Source of the DNA: a virus
Direction: 5' to 3' (one strand)
IMG/VR virus record: IMGVR_UViG_3300014913_000009
Location: 1 to 64,000 of that record
DNA length: 64,000 nucleotides
Made by a program: the position numbers and the translations under genes. Positions 37,008 through 48,002 of this stretch are shown here, piece by piece (the first letter of the stretch is position 1; the number at the start of each line of letters is the position of its first letter). The notes below the pieces were generated by a model. That model was not told where the DNA came from, did no database searches, and worked only from the letters and a program-made list of their open reading frames with translations.

Positions 37008-38900
37008 TTGGCTAAAGTAAAGGTCCTGGAACATTTGGCAGAACATTTCCAACAAAGCGAAATGTGCAGAAAATGTATATTGTCTTACCACAAATTATAT
37101 CAACAGGGCAAAACCAACAATCCCTTTCCTGTAAGTTGCAGGGGAGATTCCAGCGTACCTCCTCCTGGTATCGAAAATAATAGAGAAGCACAACAAGCAT
37201 TCTTATTGAGCGATCCATCAACATGGGCGGAATTTGAATTGGAGGATCCAAAAAATCCTGGTAAGTCGATGGAGTATAGATCATATCAAAGTGAGATAGT
37301 GAGATGTACTGCGAAAAGATCTGTTGTGCGAATGGGTAGGCGTACTGGTAAAACATTTGGAATAATTACCAAAATGCTACATCGCATGTTTATCCAGAAA
37401 ACCACCATCATTGTTTTGGTGCCTCACAATCCCGCCAATGTCGCCATATTCAGGGCAATAGACGATCTTATGCGAGGATCAAAAATATTGCAACAATGTA
37501 TTTCTAGAAGAGTAAAAAACCCGAGGATCATAGAGTTTAAGAATGGCTCCCGCATTGAAGGCTTTATTATCAATTCTGGAACCGGAACAAATCCCGATAA
37601 AATACGAGGTCAGGGAGCAGATATTTTATATGTTGATGAAGCAGACTTCATCCCCCCTGAAGACTTTACCCCGGTTTGGGCTATACTTATGGACAATAAG
37701 GATGCCGAGTTCTGGATGACTTCAACGCCATCTGGACTAAAAGAAGTTTTTTATTTTAATTGCACCGAAAAAGATCGCGGTTGGCGAGAGCATTACCATT
37801 CATGTCTAGAACATCCCGATTGGGCTGAAATGGAAGCAGACATGAGGGAGCAATATAAATATAATAAAATAGGATGGGATCATGAGGTTATGGCGCTTTT
37901 CGCCGAAGTTGAGGGTGGCGTATATTCTACTGTTGCACTTGAAAATTCTGTCGAGAAATATACTTACGACGCAATGAGAAGGCAAGATGAATGTATTTAT
38001 GCACTTGGTGTCGATTGGAACGGACATCCGATTGGAGATGTTGGTATCGTCGTTGAATATAATCCGCAATCAAACAAATTTAAAGTTGTCGATAAATTTA
38101 TATCGGCCGAAAAAGAATATACGCAATTAAAAGCCATACAAAAAATCATAGAAGTATCGCAAAAATGGAAAATAGATCAATTGTGGGTTGATTCCGGATA
38201 TGGGAGCCCTCAGATTGAAATGCTAAAAAAATATGCGATAGAACGCCCCGAACTAAAGCTCATCCATAAAATAAAAGGCATACAAATGGGCGGGAAGACA
38301 GAAGTCCGTGATCCATGGACTGGAGGTATGATAAAAAAGAGAAACAAATCCCTTATTGTATCAATTACCGCCGAAAAAATCGCCAGAGGGAACTGTATCT
38401 TCCCAAGTGCAGAAGAACCAAAGGGAGGTTTGGTTGATCAATTGAGAAGTCTTAGAATTAAACGGATGGGACTTGATGGGGATCCAGTTTTTGAAGAATC
38501 GGAAGATCATGCAATGGTAGCATGGCAATGTGCAGTATATGCAATTATGATGAAATATTCCGACATCAATTCGTCAATAGGAGTGTCCCATATAGATGTC
38601 GCTCCGACCATTATGAGGAACGGCAGGAAACTCATCCCATTACAAGATACAGGATCAATGAATATTGAGCCAGATCTCTTAAATTATATGCGCAAAGACA
38701 TAATGAATAGAGACGATAGAAGTGTATTCCATAGCCCGCAACATGGAGCGTCAACACAACTATCACGCAAAATCGGTGGTATGCCCTTGAAGCAAAATGA
38801 AAACAAAAGAGGCAATTTTTCTAAAAGTCCATTTAGACGAACACAAAAAGATTTTGTATTTGGACAAGAAAAAAGGCCTACACGGAGGAGACGGCGTTGA
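37008..38900 (+). CDS. terL: Terminase large subunit
   Basis: YQ motif, Walker A GRRTGKT, Walker B YVDEAD, TSTP, nuclease GVDWN and DH. Confidence 0.93.
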   Translation: MAKVKVLEHLAEHFQQSEMCRKCILSYHKLYQQGKTNNPFPVSCRGDSSVPPPGIENNREAQQAFLLSDPSTWAEFELEDPKNPGKSMEYRSYQSEIVRCTAKRSVVRMGRRTGKTFGIITKMLHRMFIQKTTIIVLVPHNPANVAIFRAIDDLMRGSKILQQCISRRVKNPRIIEFKNGSRIEGFIINSGTGTNPDKIRGQGADILYVDEADFIPPEDFTPVWAILMDNKDAEFWMTSTPSGLKEVFYFNCTEKDRGWREHYHSCLEHPDWAEMEADMREQYKYNKIGWDHEVMALFAEVEGGVYSTVALENSVEKYTYDAMRRQDECIYALGVDWNGHPIGDVGIVVEYNPQSNKFKVVDKFISAEKEYTQLKAIQKIIEVSQKWKIDQLWVDSGYGSPQIEMLKKYAIERPELKLIHKIKGIQMGGKTEVRDPWTGGMIKKRNKSLIVSITAEKIARGNCIFPSAEEPKGGLVDQLRSLRIKRMGLDGDPVFEESEDHAMVAWQCAVYAIMMKYSDINSSIGVSHIDVAPTIMRNGRKLIPLQDTGSMNIEPDLLNYMRKDIMNRDDRSVFHSPQHGASTQLSRKIGGMPLKQNENKRGNFSKSPFRRTQKDFVFGQEKRPTRRRRR

Positions 38901-41746
38901 GCAAATTCCGAAAAAAGCCAAGCATAAAATTCGAGAGACCAAGATCCACATCGAAAAGCGGCATTAATTCTGCTGCTGGCAGAAAATATGGCGAAGCCAA
39001 TATGAGGGATACTGGCGAAGGTGGATATGCTGATACCAAAATCCCAATCTTTGATATTGCATCGAAATCAAGTGCTGAGGAAGCCGACGAAGCATTCCTT
39101 CTTGTTTCTGGAGTAATGTCGAAACTTGAGCAGGCAATGAATATAGCAAGGGTTGCCCCAAAGGCAAGTTTTATTCCTGTTGATAGTGCGTCTCGTAACA
39201 TAAGACAAGCAGTCATGAGGAGAGATAGGACCAATGCTCCTGAAGGAGACAAAATTCACTGGGACTTATTTGAGCGCATAATCAATCATGCTGTCAATCA
39301 ATATGATTTTGTTAATTTCGAGTTTCTTGACAATCTGCAAAATGAACCATATTCAGATACTGTAAATTGGAATGCAAATCAGATTATAAATGATTTGATG
39401 CAAGATGGCAATGACATGTTTGCCAATGCGTCGGACACTGTTGGCGATGATGATTTAACGCCGGGACAATATACTGCCCAATTTATTAACAATGGATTAC
39501 CGCAAGACAAATGGAGTTGGTTAAGAAAACTCTTATTATATTCCGCGCCATTAATATATCTATATTTCGACTATAAATTAAAAGGTCCTCTAAAATCATT
39601 GGACGATGCCGGTGTTGCCGGTGGTAAAATGCCTGCAGGGACAGAGTATGGGACAATTATTGTCCAGATATTAATCGGCATAGCCATTTATCTCCTTATC
39701 CAAGGACTTACGGCACAGCAAATGAAGGATATGCTTCGTGATGCGGGATTTGAAAAAGACATGAAGAAAAGAGGTATCCCAGCTGATCTCGACAATTTAT
39801 GTATGCAAGCACAATCATTACTAAATGGTGATTCCATTACCCTCGATGGCTTTGGGGCTCCGGGTAAAACTTATGCTTTGGGCGATTTACCATTAGGCGT
39901 TAGTGTCGAATTTTTGCACAATGCCACGGCATATATGGGGCAGGGCGATTGGGAAATAATGAGAGATTATTGCGTTGGCTTCCTAATGAATCATTTGGTT
40001 GATGATGAATATTATCCATGGCATATGTATCTTGACTCCAGGATTGGATATGACGATCTTGAAGGAGTCATAGAACAAGCTCCATCATATTCTCCGTTAT
40101 TCAGGGTGCATGCAATAAATAATGATGTCACGATAAATAATGGCGGATCTTATAATACAAACGATCCTGATTTTCCATTAACCGGAAATGATACCGAAGG
40201 ATCGCGCGAAGCGAGAGCCCAAAGAAATAGTACTGATTATTCCAAAAAATTTGAAGCTCCATCGGCAATGGATGCTGTTGGCGATGCACTTGGCAATATT
40301 GGCGATGATTTGCTCGATACTGTTGGAGAAGGAATAGAATTCGGCAATGCGGTTGATGGTGGAGCAAGTACTATCGACGATTATACAATGTGGAAAATGA
40401 TGACTGTCGATGCTGGCCAGTATGGATATATTGACTGGAAGGGCGAAGAATTCAAATATACCGCAAATAATCACAGAACGCCTGAACAGGCATCAAGAAT
40501 GAATGCCGAAGCCGAAAAAGAACTCAGGGAAAGATATCAAAACAGATTTACTATGGCCAGGCATATTAGCGGGATTCAAGAAAAGATGAGTGGCGCAGTA
40601 AAAGGGGCTGGTGATTATCTAAAAATGGATCTCGATAAATTACATTGGACAAGAGAAATTGCATGGGTCTGGAACAAAATCGTAGAATCATTAGTTGCGA
40701 ATCTGTCGTGGCAAGATTGGTATAAAGAATTTTTGTGTTGTTTCATTCGAGCTATCGCATATTATAATCCGGCATTTATATCAGTATTAAAAGAACTTCT
40801 CCGATGGGCAACAATGAATATGACCATCAATTATGGAGAAATGCTCAAAAAATTATACGACAAATTCTGGGTTAGTATGATAGAGGAATTCAAAAAAGCA
40901 CTACATACAATGCTCGATGAAGCATGGCAGAATGTGCTTGATACTTATATCCTCCCATTCATTGAAACAAATACACAGGGCGAAGAAAATGAATATTGCT
41001 ATTTATGGAAAATGTTATTGGAAGCATTGCTCAATTCAATGAAGCAATTTAAAGCCGCCATAGATGCTATTATCGACGATCTGTTTAAGCGCCTAATTAT
41101 CAATTCTGATATATTTAATCAAAAACTAGTATTGAGAATGGGATGTAAATATCTCGATATGTTTGCAAAATTATTGGATAAAATATTAGAATTCGCCGAA
41201 GAATGTGGATTACAAGAAACAGAAGAAGGGTTGGCACAACTTGAATCGTGGTTATCTGAACATGGACTAAGCACATTCAATCAGACCATTCCAAGCAATC
41301 TATCCCCAGACGCCATTAATGCGTTATACGGCAATAATAATGGCGAAATCCCCGATCCCTCAAGTGGTATGGATGGAATCGCAGATATGGTTGGGGGAAT
41401 TATTGGGGTGAGTGATGTAGACGATAATGGCAATCCAATATCGGAAACTCCAGTAGAACAAAGAACGTATAATTCTATAACAGCATATGGACATAAAGTG
41501 GATATTCCTGTAAAATATCAAAAGGCAGCTCCCACGAACTCGTGGTGGTTTGGCGAACCCATTGACTACGATGGACTAATTGTTATGCCAGTATCAGCAT
41601 TGCTGGAGAAGAAATATAAAGACAAAGATTTTGCAGAAGAACAGAAACGAAGATGTAGAGACCAATTAACTCCGGAGAGAATGAAACAAATGGTTAAGCG
41701 ATTTCCGCGCAATATGATTGACCCTCGAATTAACAATAGGAATTAA
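38897..41746 (+). CDS. Large acidic hypothetical protein between terminase and portal
   Basis: 949-aa ORF; no motif recognised. Confidence 0.7.
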   Translation: MSKFRKKPSIKFERPRSTSKSGINSAAGRKYGEANMRDTGEGGYADTKIPIFDIASKSSAEEADEAFLLVSGVMSKLEQAMNIARVAPKASFIPVDSASRNIRQAVMRRDRTNAPEGDKIHWDLFERIINHAVNQYDFVNFEFLDNLQNEPYSDTVNWNANQIINDLMQDGNDMFANASDTVGDDDLTPGQYTAQFINNGLPQDKWSWLRKLLLYSAPLIYLYFDYKLKGPLKSLDDAGVAGGKMPAGTEYGTIIVQILIGIAIYLLIQGLTAQQMKDMLRDAGFEKDMKKRGIPADLDNLCMQAQSLLNGDSITLDGFGAPGKTYALGDLPLGVSVEFLHNATAYMGQGDWEIMRDYCVGFLMNHLVDDEYYPWHMYLDSRIGYDDLEGVIEQAPSYSPLFRVHAINNDVTINNGGSYNTNDPDFPLTGNDTEGSREARAQRNSTDYSKKFEAPSAMDAVGDALGNIGDDLLDTVGEGIEFGNAVDGGASTIDDYTMWKMMTVDAGQYGYIDWKGEEFKYTANNHRTPEQASRMNAEAEKELRERYQNRFTMARHISGIQEKMSGAVKGAGDYLKMDLDKLHWTREIAWVWNKIVESLVANLSWQDWYKEFLCCFIRAIAYYNPAFISVLKELLRWATMNMTINYGEMLKKLYDKFWVSMIEEFKKALHTMLDEAWQNVLDTYILPFIETNTQGEENEYCYLWKMLLEALLNSMKQFKAAIDAIIDDLFKRLIINSDIFNQKLVLRMGCKYLDMFAKLLDKILEFAEECGLQETEEGLAQLESWLSEHGLSTFNQTIPSNLSPDAINALYGNNNGEIPDPSSGMDGIADMVGGIIGVSDVDDNGNPISETPVEQRTYNSITAYGHKVDIPVKYQKAAPTNSWWFGEPIDYDGLIVMPVSALLEKKYKDKDFAEEQKRRCRDQLTPERMKQMVKRFPRNMIDPRINNRN

Positions 41747-41747
41747 A

Positions 41748-43727
41748 ATGCCAAGAACACACAGAATACAATCTCCAGCACATGACAGAATAGCCCCTTC
41801 ATCCATGATGTCTAAAAGCAATCCAAGCGCGATTAGCCACGAGATTATAGAACGGAAGGAAATATTGCCTCCATTAGTGACATTCGCGCCAAAACTCCCG
41901 AGGAACATCCATCGACAAAGATCTAATTTTGAGGAAATCCCATATGATTTAACGGAAATTGTTCGCGCGGAAGATACCGATTCCTATGTAGCAAAGTCAT
42001 TTAACGAACATACGCAACTCATTATGAGAGAGGGATTCGCAATAAAAAGTCAGGATGAGGAGACAGAAAGATATTGTAATATAAGAATGAAAGAAATACA
42101 AATACTTACCGGTATTTCTCCAACAGCGCTTTTAAGGAAAATAGCCCGATCAGTAGTTAGATATTGCAATGCATATGTAGTCAAGTCTAGAGTTCCCGCA
42201 CCATGCATCGGAAAAACATACAGAATGAACAATAGGGATCTCGATCCTATTGTTGGATTATTCGTCGCAGATCCACTTACAATAAGTATTCTGCGAGATC
42301 ATAGGGGTCGCCCCAAAATGTATAAGCAATTTGTTCCAGAAACAAATGGGGTGCGATTTTGGAGCCCCGAAGATGTAATTCATATTTCCTACAATCATCG
42401 TGCGGGCTTTCCCTATGGAACGCCATGGATTATCCCGTCATTAGATGATGTTCGCTTTTTAAGGCGATTTGAGGAGCATGCAGATATTTTGGGAGGCAAT
42501 TTCGCACAACCATTTATTGTGTGGAAAATTGGCACCGATGCAATGCCTACAATGGTTAATCCGGAAACAGGGGAGTCCGAAACAGCATTGGTAAAAAGAG
42601 AAATCCAAAGGTTAGCACAAGAAGGTATCGCCATCGTTGGACACAGGCATAATCCAGAAGCACTTAACACATCTGATAGCGGAGTGAATCTTGTCCCATA
42701 TCTCGAATACCTCAAAGATCGTGTAGTATCCGGCGTTGGATTAAGTTCAATTAGTCTTGGACAAGGAGGCACGGCAAACAGAGCGACAGCAACGCACTTA
42801 ATGCAAGTTGCCATAAATAGATGCAAAGATATACAAGAGGTAATCGCCGATAAAATATCATCAACATTACTTTTTGAGTTACAGCTTGATAGCGGAAAAT
42901 CATTCTCAGTCGCCAATGAAGCATATTTTGAATTTGCGGAGATTGATGTCGAAGCACAGCAATCAAGAGAAAACCATGCCACAGCATTATTCCAGGCCGG
43001 AGCGATGACTCATACAGAATTAAGACGCGAAATGAATCTTAATCCATTCTCAGAAGAAGATAAGAATGACGACTTTATTGCATGGGGAGATAGAAAGAAT
43101 CGTGCAGATTTAGAAGCTCAAAAAGAACTGTCATTAGAGCCACAATTAGAAATGCAAGAGAAAACAGCCAAAATGAGTGCTGCGACAGGTCTTGCTAAAT
43201 CAAAATCCTCCCCATCTTCTTCCGGCAATGGATCGAAAAAATCAATTGCCAACAAAAACCAACCTTCTAATCAATATGGAACAAAGAAGACAAAAACAAA
43301 GGTAACAAAGAATGATGCTATTAAAAATGTGAACTTGGAACAATCCATACTTATCAATTCATTGTTAAACAAGGACAACTTGAAAAATAATCAGAAAATT
43401 ATTTCAAAAACCTTCGATAAATACCTTGACAAAATAACACTTATGGTTGATGATTTAACCAGGGATATAATTACTTCCTTCTGTACAAGGGAGACAATAG
43501 AGTATCCAGATGACGAGATTATAGTGGGTATTATTGAAAAAGTATGGAATAGAGGGTTTGACGAATCCTTGAAAAATACTCAAAAATATTTAATATCAGA
43601 TGAAAATAAAGATAAAATAATCGAGAATGTCAAAAAAGAGGGAACAAAAATACAAACCCTCATTCATATAGTGACTGAACAATTGGAAAACGATCTTAAA
43701 AAGTTATTGCACGAGGACACAAAATGA
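41748..43727 (+). CDS. Portal protein
   Basis: RYCNAY, EDVIHI...YGTP, ANRATA, ELRR pattern; position. Confidence 0.85.
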   Translation: MPRTHRIQSPAHDRIAPSSMMSKSNPSAISHEIIERKEILPPLVTFAPKLPRNIHRQRSNFEEIPYDLTEIVRAEDTDSYVAKSFNEHTQLIMREGFAIKSQDEETERYCNIRMKEIQILTGISPTALLRKIARSVVRYCNAYVVKSRVPAPCIGKTYRMNNRDLDPIVGLFVADPLTISILRDHRGRPKMYKQFVPETNGVRFWSPEDVIHISYNHRAGFPYGTPWIIPSLDDVRFLRRFEEHADILGGNFAQPFIVWKIGTDAMPTMVNPETGESETALVKREIQRLAQEGIAIVGHRHNPEALNTSDSGVNLVPYLEYLKDRVVSGVGLSSISLGQGGTANRATATHLMQVAINRCKDIQEVIADKISSTLLFELQLDSGKSFSVANEAYFEFAEIDVEAQQSRENHATALFQAGAMTHTELRREMNLNPFSEEDKNDDFIAWGDRKNRADLEAQKELSLEPQLEMQEKTAKMSAATGLAKSKSSPSSSGNGSKKSIANKNQPSNQYGTKKTKTKVTKNDAIKNVNLEQSILINSLLNKDNLKNNQKIISKTFDKYLDKITLMVDDLTRDIITSFCTRETIEYPDDEIIVGIIEKVWNRGFDESLKNTQKYLISDENKDKIIENVKKEGTKIQTLIHIVTEQLENDLKKLLHEDTK

Positions 43728-45298
43728 CAAAAGATATTGCCGCAATAGATCTTTATCAATTCGATTCTTCCGCCATAGATATTAATAAGGTGGATAGATT
43801 TTTTGACAATCAAAAGAAATCAATCAAGGCTAGCGGCAAATCGAAAGAAGAAGTATCTACTATTCTTCGCCCGACTATTGATGCTACTCGAAGCGATTCG
43901 ATAGTAAATGCCCGTTGTTATGCTGGCTATAGAGTCAATCAAGCAATCCCAACATGGACTAAACCCTATGCAAAGCCAGTCTTACCACATCATAGATCAA
44001 GTGATTCCTCTGGTTTTTTTGGAGGAGGGTCAAAGGCAGAGGATGCACTAGGAAGAGTCCATAAGGCAACATTCCGTCCATTTCCTGGAGCAGACCTCAG
44101 AAATGGATTTGTATCGGCAACAAAAGGAGGGGCAGGATCAGGACAAGTATTATTGGAAGTCGATATTACTAATAGTGATGCACAGGAAAAAATACTGGAT
44201 AGAAGATACTTGACAGTATCGACAAGCCAAGGGACGACGGATGCGACTTGTAGTATTTGCGGATCATCCCTTGTCTCGGGAGGCTGCTCGCATCGACCCG
44301 GGAGAAAATACCCATTAGAAGAAACATCTCCATTATACAAATTCTTATCCGGCGATGCAAAAAAGAAAAAGAAAATTTATGCAGATTGTTTTTCAATCTG
44401 GGATCAAAAAATAAACTTTAGAGAAGTAAGTTTCGTTAATATTCCAGCACAGCAATATGCGGGAGTATTATCAACCAAATGGGTTGATGTGCAAGATGAC
44501 GAAAGCTTAGATTTAGATATTTCACAAATAGATATTTACGACGGCACATCAGATCATGTCGGCGTAATAAGTATGACTGCAACCAATGGTTTGGTCACAC
44601 AGGAACTATTTGCTGATGACTGGTTTCAATCTCCAAGTGGTCTTTACGTGAGCGCGCCAGCACACGATTACGAGGAGGACGAGATAAATAATATGGATAT
44701 GGGGAACAGGAATCCTCCGGCTACACAGCCAAAAAAGGGCAAGGAGCCCGAACATGTAGATAATCATTCTTTTCAATCTAATGTAGGAGAAGATACAGTG
44801 GAAATCAAAGAATTAGAAAAAAAGCTTGAAGTCGAGACGAAGAAAGTATCTGATGCGGAAGCGAAGATAAAAGAATTGTCCGCCGAGCGCGATTCCCTGA
44901 AGGAAGAGATAGGAAAGATCACTGAAGCAAAAGACGAGGCGGAAAAACGCTTTGTTGATTCACAATCCAAGCGCCTGTTTGATATGTATCAGACTTGTGG
45001 TATTTATGACAAAGAAATGTCAGAAGAAGATACCAAGGAGGCTTTGGACGAATTAGCAAAACGCTCTCTCGAATCCCTCAGTGGCTCTATAGAAGATCTT
45101 AGCCCGAAATACAATTCAATTGTAGAATCGCAAACAAAACAGAATGAAGATGAGGATGATAGTCAGGACAAAGATGATGAACCTGATGTTGCAGACGATA
45201 CGAAAAAGGCAGCCGGAACTGTAGAAGATCCTACGGTCAAAAAATCGGAACCTGTAGAGTATGTAAAACCAACTATGGCTTCAGCTCTTGGATTCTAG
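43724..45298 (+). CDS. Prohead protease with C-terminal scaffold
   Basis: HH..., YLTVS, CSIC..C.H..G, EVSFVNIPA; acidic coiled-coil C-terminus. Confidence 0.8.
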   Translation: MTKDIAAIDLYQFDSSAIDINKVDRFFDNQKKSIKASGKSKEEVSTILRPTIDATRSDSIVNARCYAGYRVNQAIPTWTKPYAKPVLPHHRSSDSSGFFGGGSKAEDALGRVHKATFRPFPGADLRNGFVSATKGGAGSGQVLLEVDITNSDAQEKILDRRYLTVSTSQGTTDATCSICGSSLVSGGCSHRPGRKYPLEETSPLYKFLSGDAKKKKKIYADCFSIWDQKINFREVSFVNIPAQQYAGVLSTKWVDVQDDESLDLDISQIDIYDGTSDHVGVISMTATNGLVTQELFADDWFQSPSGLYVSAPAHDYEEDEINNMDMGNRNPPATQPKKGKEPEHVDNHSFQSNVGEDTVEIKELEKKLEVETKKVSDAEAKIKELSAERDSLKEEIGKITEAKDEAEKRFVDSQSKRLFDMYQTCGIYDKEMSEEDTKEALDELAKRSLESLSGSIEDLSPKYNSIVESQTKQNEDEDDSQDKDDEPDVADDTKKAAGTVEDPTVKKSEPVEYVKPTMASALGF

Positions 45299-45349
45299 TG
45301 ACAATCATCAATTATTTTTTTGGAAACCTATTAACGGAGATTTATAACT

Positions 45350-46183
45350 ATGGCAGTTAAAACACCTTATGGTTATGGTCGTCAATCCAAGGACATCTTA
45401 GAACTTTCTGAGGGCGTATCGCCAACAGGTAGTATCAGACTTGCTCCGTGGATTCCCATAACAGAAAGAAATCAAGCGTCAGAATTTGATATCGCCATCA
45501 AAGCAGGCAATGTAATCGCCATCGAATACATTACTACGGCTGTCGGCAGTATCGCGACTGGCCCATATTATGTTCCGGCAAACGGTGGTAAGGCGACAAC
45601 TTTAGCCTATACATCACTCGATGTTGGATTAACCCTTAACAAAAATACTGGAGCGGTTGTAACAGCAGCAGAAGTTGCCGCAGCCTCTACAGCTACACAT
45701 CCTGCAAATAATCCCGTAGGATACAACTTCTTCGACTTTTATCATGATCAGGAAAATGCATACAACAATATGCAGATTCAGACTTATGAAAAGGCGATTG
45801 TAACACGCTACTTTATCGAAGTCCCTGTCAAATACGAATATCAGCTGGGTTCTCCAGGCGAATTGATTATGGCAGATTGGGCTGTACCAGGCTCATGGCG
45901 ACCGGTGGATGCAAACTATCATACGACTGTTGGCTCCTTCACTCGCTATACTGCTGGCTCCGGAGTTGTAACTGTAGATGAGCAGACAAACAAAGAGACT
46001 CAAATCATTGGACGTCTGTTATTTGTTCAGCCAATTACTGATATTGACAATCTAAGTATGGTAACAACTATGCCTGGTCTGTCTTTGACTGGTAGTGGCT
46101 CAAACGGCGTACCTACTCACTTGCGGAATGCGGCGACAATTTCCGGTGTTGAGTATCGGGCGCGAATTTTAGTAAACGCATAA
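45350..46183 (+). CDS. Capsid-associated/decoration protein
   Basis: Directly upstream of the major capsid gene; beta-rich. Confidence 0.55.
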   Translation: MAVKTPYGYGRQSKDILELSEGVSPTGSIRLAPWIPITERNQASEFDIAIKAGNVIAIEYITTAVGSIATGPYYVPANGGKATTLAYTSLDVGLTLNKNTGAVVTAAEVAAASTATHPANNPVGYNFFDFYHDQENAYNNMQIQTYEKAIVTRYFIEVPVKYEYQLGSPGELIMADWAVPGSWRPVDANYHTTVGSFTRYTAGSGVVTVDEQTNKETQIIGRLLFVQPITDIDNLSMVTTMPGLSLTGSGSNGVPTHLRNAATISGVEYRARILVNA

Positions 46184-46200
46184 TTAGGAGCTTAAATTAA

Positions 46201-47601
46201 ATGAACGAACAAGCAAAAATAAACGAGTTCACCCAGCTCTTTAGCACCATGATGGAAACGAAAGTCGCGGACGTCATGAGTGAAATGGGTTACAAGCCAG
46301 GTGAGGTTCCTAATAGGAAAACATCGCCGGAAATCGCCCTTTTCAATAAGCGCGATAATGCAGTCAACCAGATTGCACGCGTCTGGACAAATGATGGGAT
46401 TGACCCAAAAACTGGTGTTAATTTTAATTTCGAAGATATGCTCAGAGTTGTTAAAACTCAAGAGAGAAAACTCGTATCGGAATACCAGAAGACTGTCGGT
46501 GAAGATGCTGCGGCATCTCCCGACATCATGCTCATCATGCCAAAAGTGGTAAGTAAGATTATACGTGAGCCAATTCATTATACGGAAAATCTGACGCCAT
46601 TGCTTCGGAAAGTACGTGTAAAAGGTGGGCAAATCAACATATCTTATCCCGCAGTTGGAGCGATGGGTGGACAGCCGTTGGATATGGCGGAAGGACAGGA
46701 ATACCCGGAAGGTACTCTCGACATGGCTGGATTAAGCAATGTCAAGATAGGAAAATCCGGTATTGCCGTTCGCTGGACACAGGAAATGCAGCGCTACTCA
46801 CAGTTTGACTTTATGGCCATGCTGTTGCGTGAAGCTGCACGAGCACTCGCTCGGTGGAAAGACAAGAAAATTGCTGACCACATCCTTGCACTCGGTGTAA
46901 CTGCATTTGACAACGATGTAGGTGGAATTGATGGTACGACCGGACGCGATATCGCTGGAGATTATAATGGCACATTAGCTGTTGACGATCTCTTTGTCGC
47001 TTATGCTGACATGGTAAATCAGGGATTCACACCAGACACATTGCTCGTCAATCCTCTTGCATGGCTTATCTTTGCAAGAGATCCGCAGATGCGTCATCTG
47101 GCATATTGGGATGGCGGAGCTTACTTCGGCACATCGCAGGGCAAACTTCCGTATGCTGGTGAATTTGAAACCGGCACAGGAGGCGCTCAAGGTGCATGGA
47201 ATGGTAGTCTCGGAATGGGTGGCGAATCCGCCATCGCCGGAATGTATCATCCTGTATATAAGAGTTTCCCTGTCCCGTTGAAAATTGTTGTTAGCCCTTC
47301 TCTCCCCGTGACTGCTGCATCTGGTAGCACTCCGGCGAAAACAACTATGGTTATGTGCGACTCAAAAGAATTGGGCGTACTCTTTGTTGATGAAGAGCCA
47401 ACAAGCGACCAGTGGGATGATCCTTCTCGGGACATCTATAAAGTCAAGATTCGGGAACGCTATGCAATTGGCATCCTAAATGCAGGGCAAGCAGTAAGAT
47501 CGTTTAAAAACGTGAATATTGCGAAGTCTTATGATTACGATGAACGTATCACGTGGGACGCTGCAACAGCCTCACTGCCGTCAGGTGGATACACCCCGTA
47601 G
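46201..47601 (+). CDS. Major capsid protein (HK97-like)
   Basis: AEGQEYPE, KSG....TQEM, PDTLLVNP, KIRERY pattern; terminator follows. Confidence 0.88.
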   Translation: MNEQAKINEFTQLFSTMMETKVADVMSEMGYKPGEVPNRKTSPEIALFNKRDNAVNQIARVWTNDGIDPKTGVNFNFEDMLRVVKTQERKLVSEYQKTVGEDAAASPDIMLIMPKVVSKIIREPIHYTENLTPLLRKVRVKGGQINISYPAVGAMGGQPLDMAEGQEYPEGTLDMAGLSNVKIGKSGIAVRWTQEMQRYSQFDFMAMLLREAARALARWKDKKIADHILALGVTAFDNDVGGIDGTTGRDIAGDYNGTLAVDDLFVAYADMVNQGFTPDTLLVNPLAWLIFARDPQMRHLAYWDGGAYFGTSQGKLPYAGEFETGTGGAQGAWNGSLGMGGESAIAGMYHPVYKSFPVPLKIVVSPSLPVTAASGSTPAKTTMVMCDSKELGVLFVDEEPTSDQWDDPSRDIYKVKIRERYAIGILNAGQAVRSFKNVNIAKSYDYDERITWDAATASLPSGGYTP

Positions 47602-47632
47602 TTTTTGGACAGGTAGAAGTGAAAAAATAACG

Positions 47633-47672
47633 AAAGGTCTGTCTGGGCCGACCTGGACAGACCTTTTCTTTT
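47633..47672 (+). terminator. Intrinsic terminator
   Basis: AAAGGTCTGTC/GACAGACCTTT followed by a T run. Confidence 0.8.
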
Positions 47673-47699
47673 ATATCGTTTTTACAAAGGAAAATAATT

Positions 47700-47999
47700 A
47701 TGAAAAAAGATCTACTTGACGACGCGCTAAAAAACCTCAGAAATACAGACTCCAACAACATTCGCAAAATTAATACCCGTCCCGATATCGAAGAAAGGGA
47801 AGGTAGAATTAATAAGGCTATAAATAAGTCTATCAGGACATCGAAAAAGCCATGGGAGATTTCAGATAAAAGTCTGGCTCAGTATATTGGAGAAATTGAA
47901 GACGAGAGTACTGACGATGAAGTTGATGTCGAATCATATAATAAGAAGGTGAATACAATAACAGACCATAATAAAATCGCCAAACTTTTAGGATTCTAA
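47700..47999 (+). CDS. Hypothetical protein
   Basis: SD AAGGA. Confidence 0.6.
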   Translation: MKKDLLDDALKNLRNTDSNNIRKINTRPDIEEREGRINKAINKSIRTSKKPWEISDKSLAQYIGEIEDESTDDEVDVESYNKKVNTITDHNKIAKLLGF

Positions 48000-48002
48000 T
48001 AT

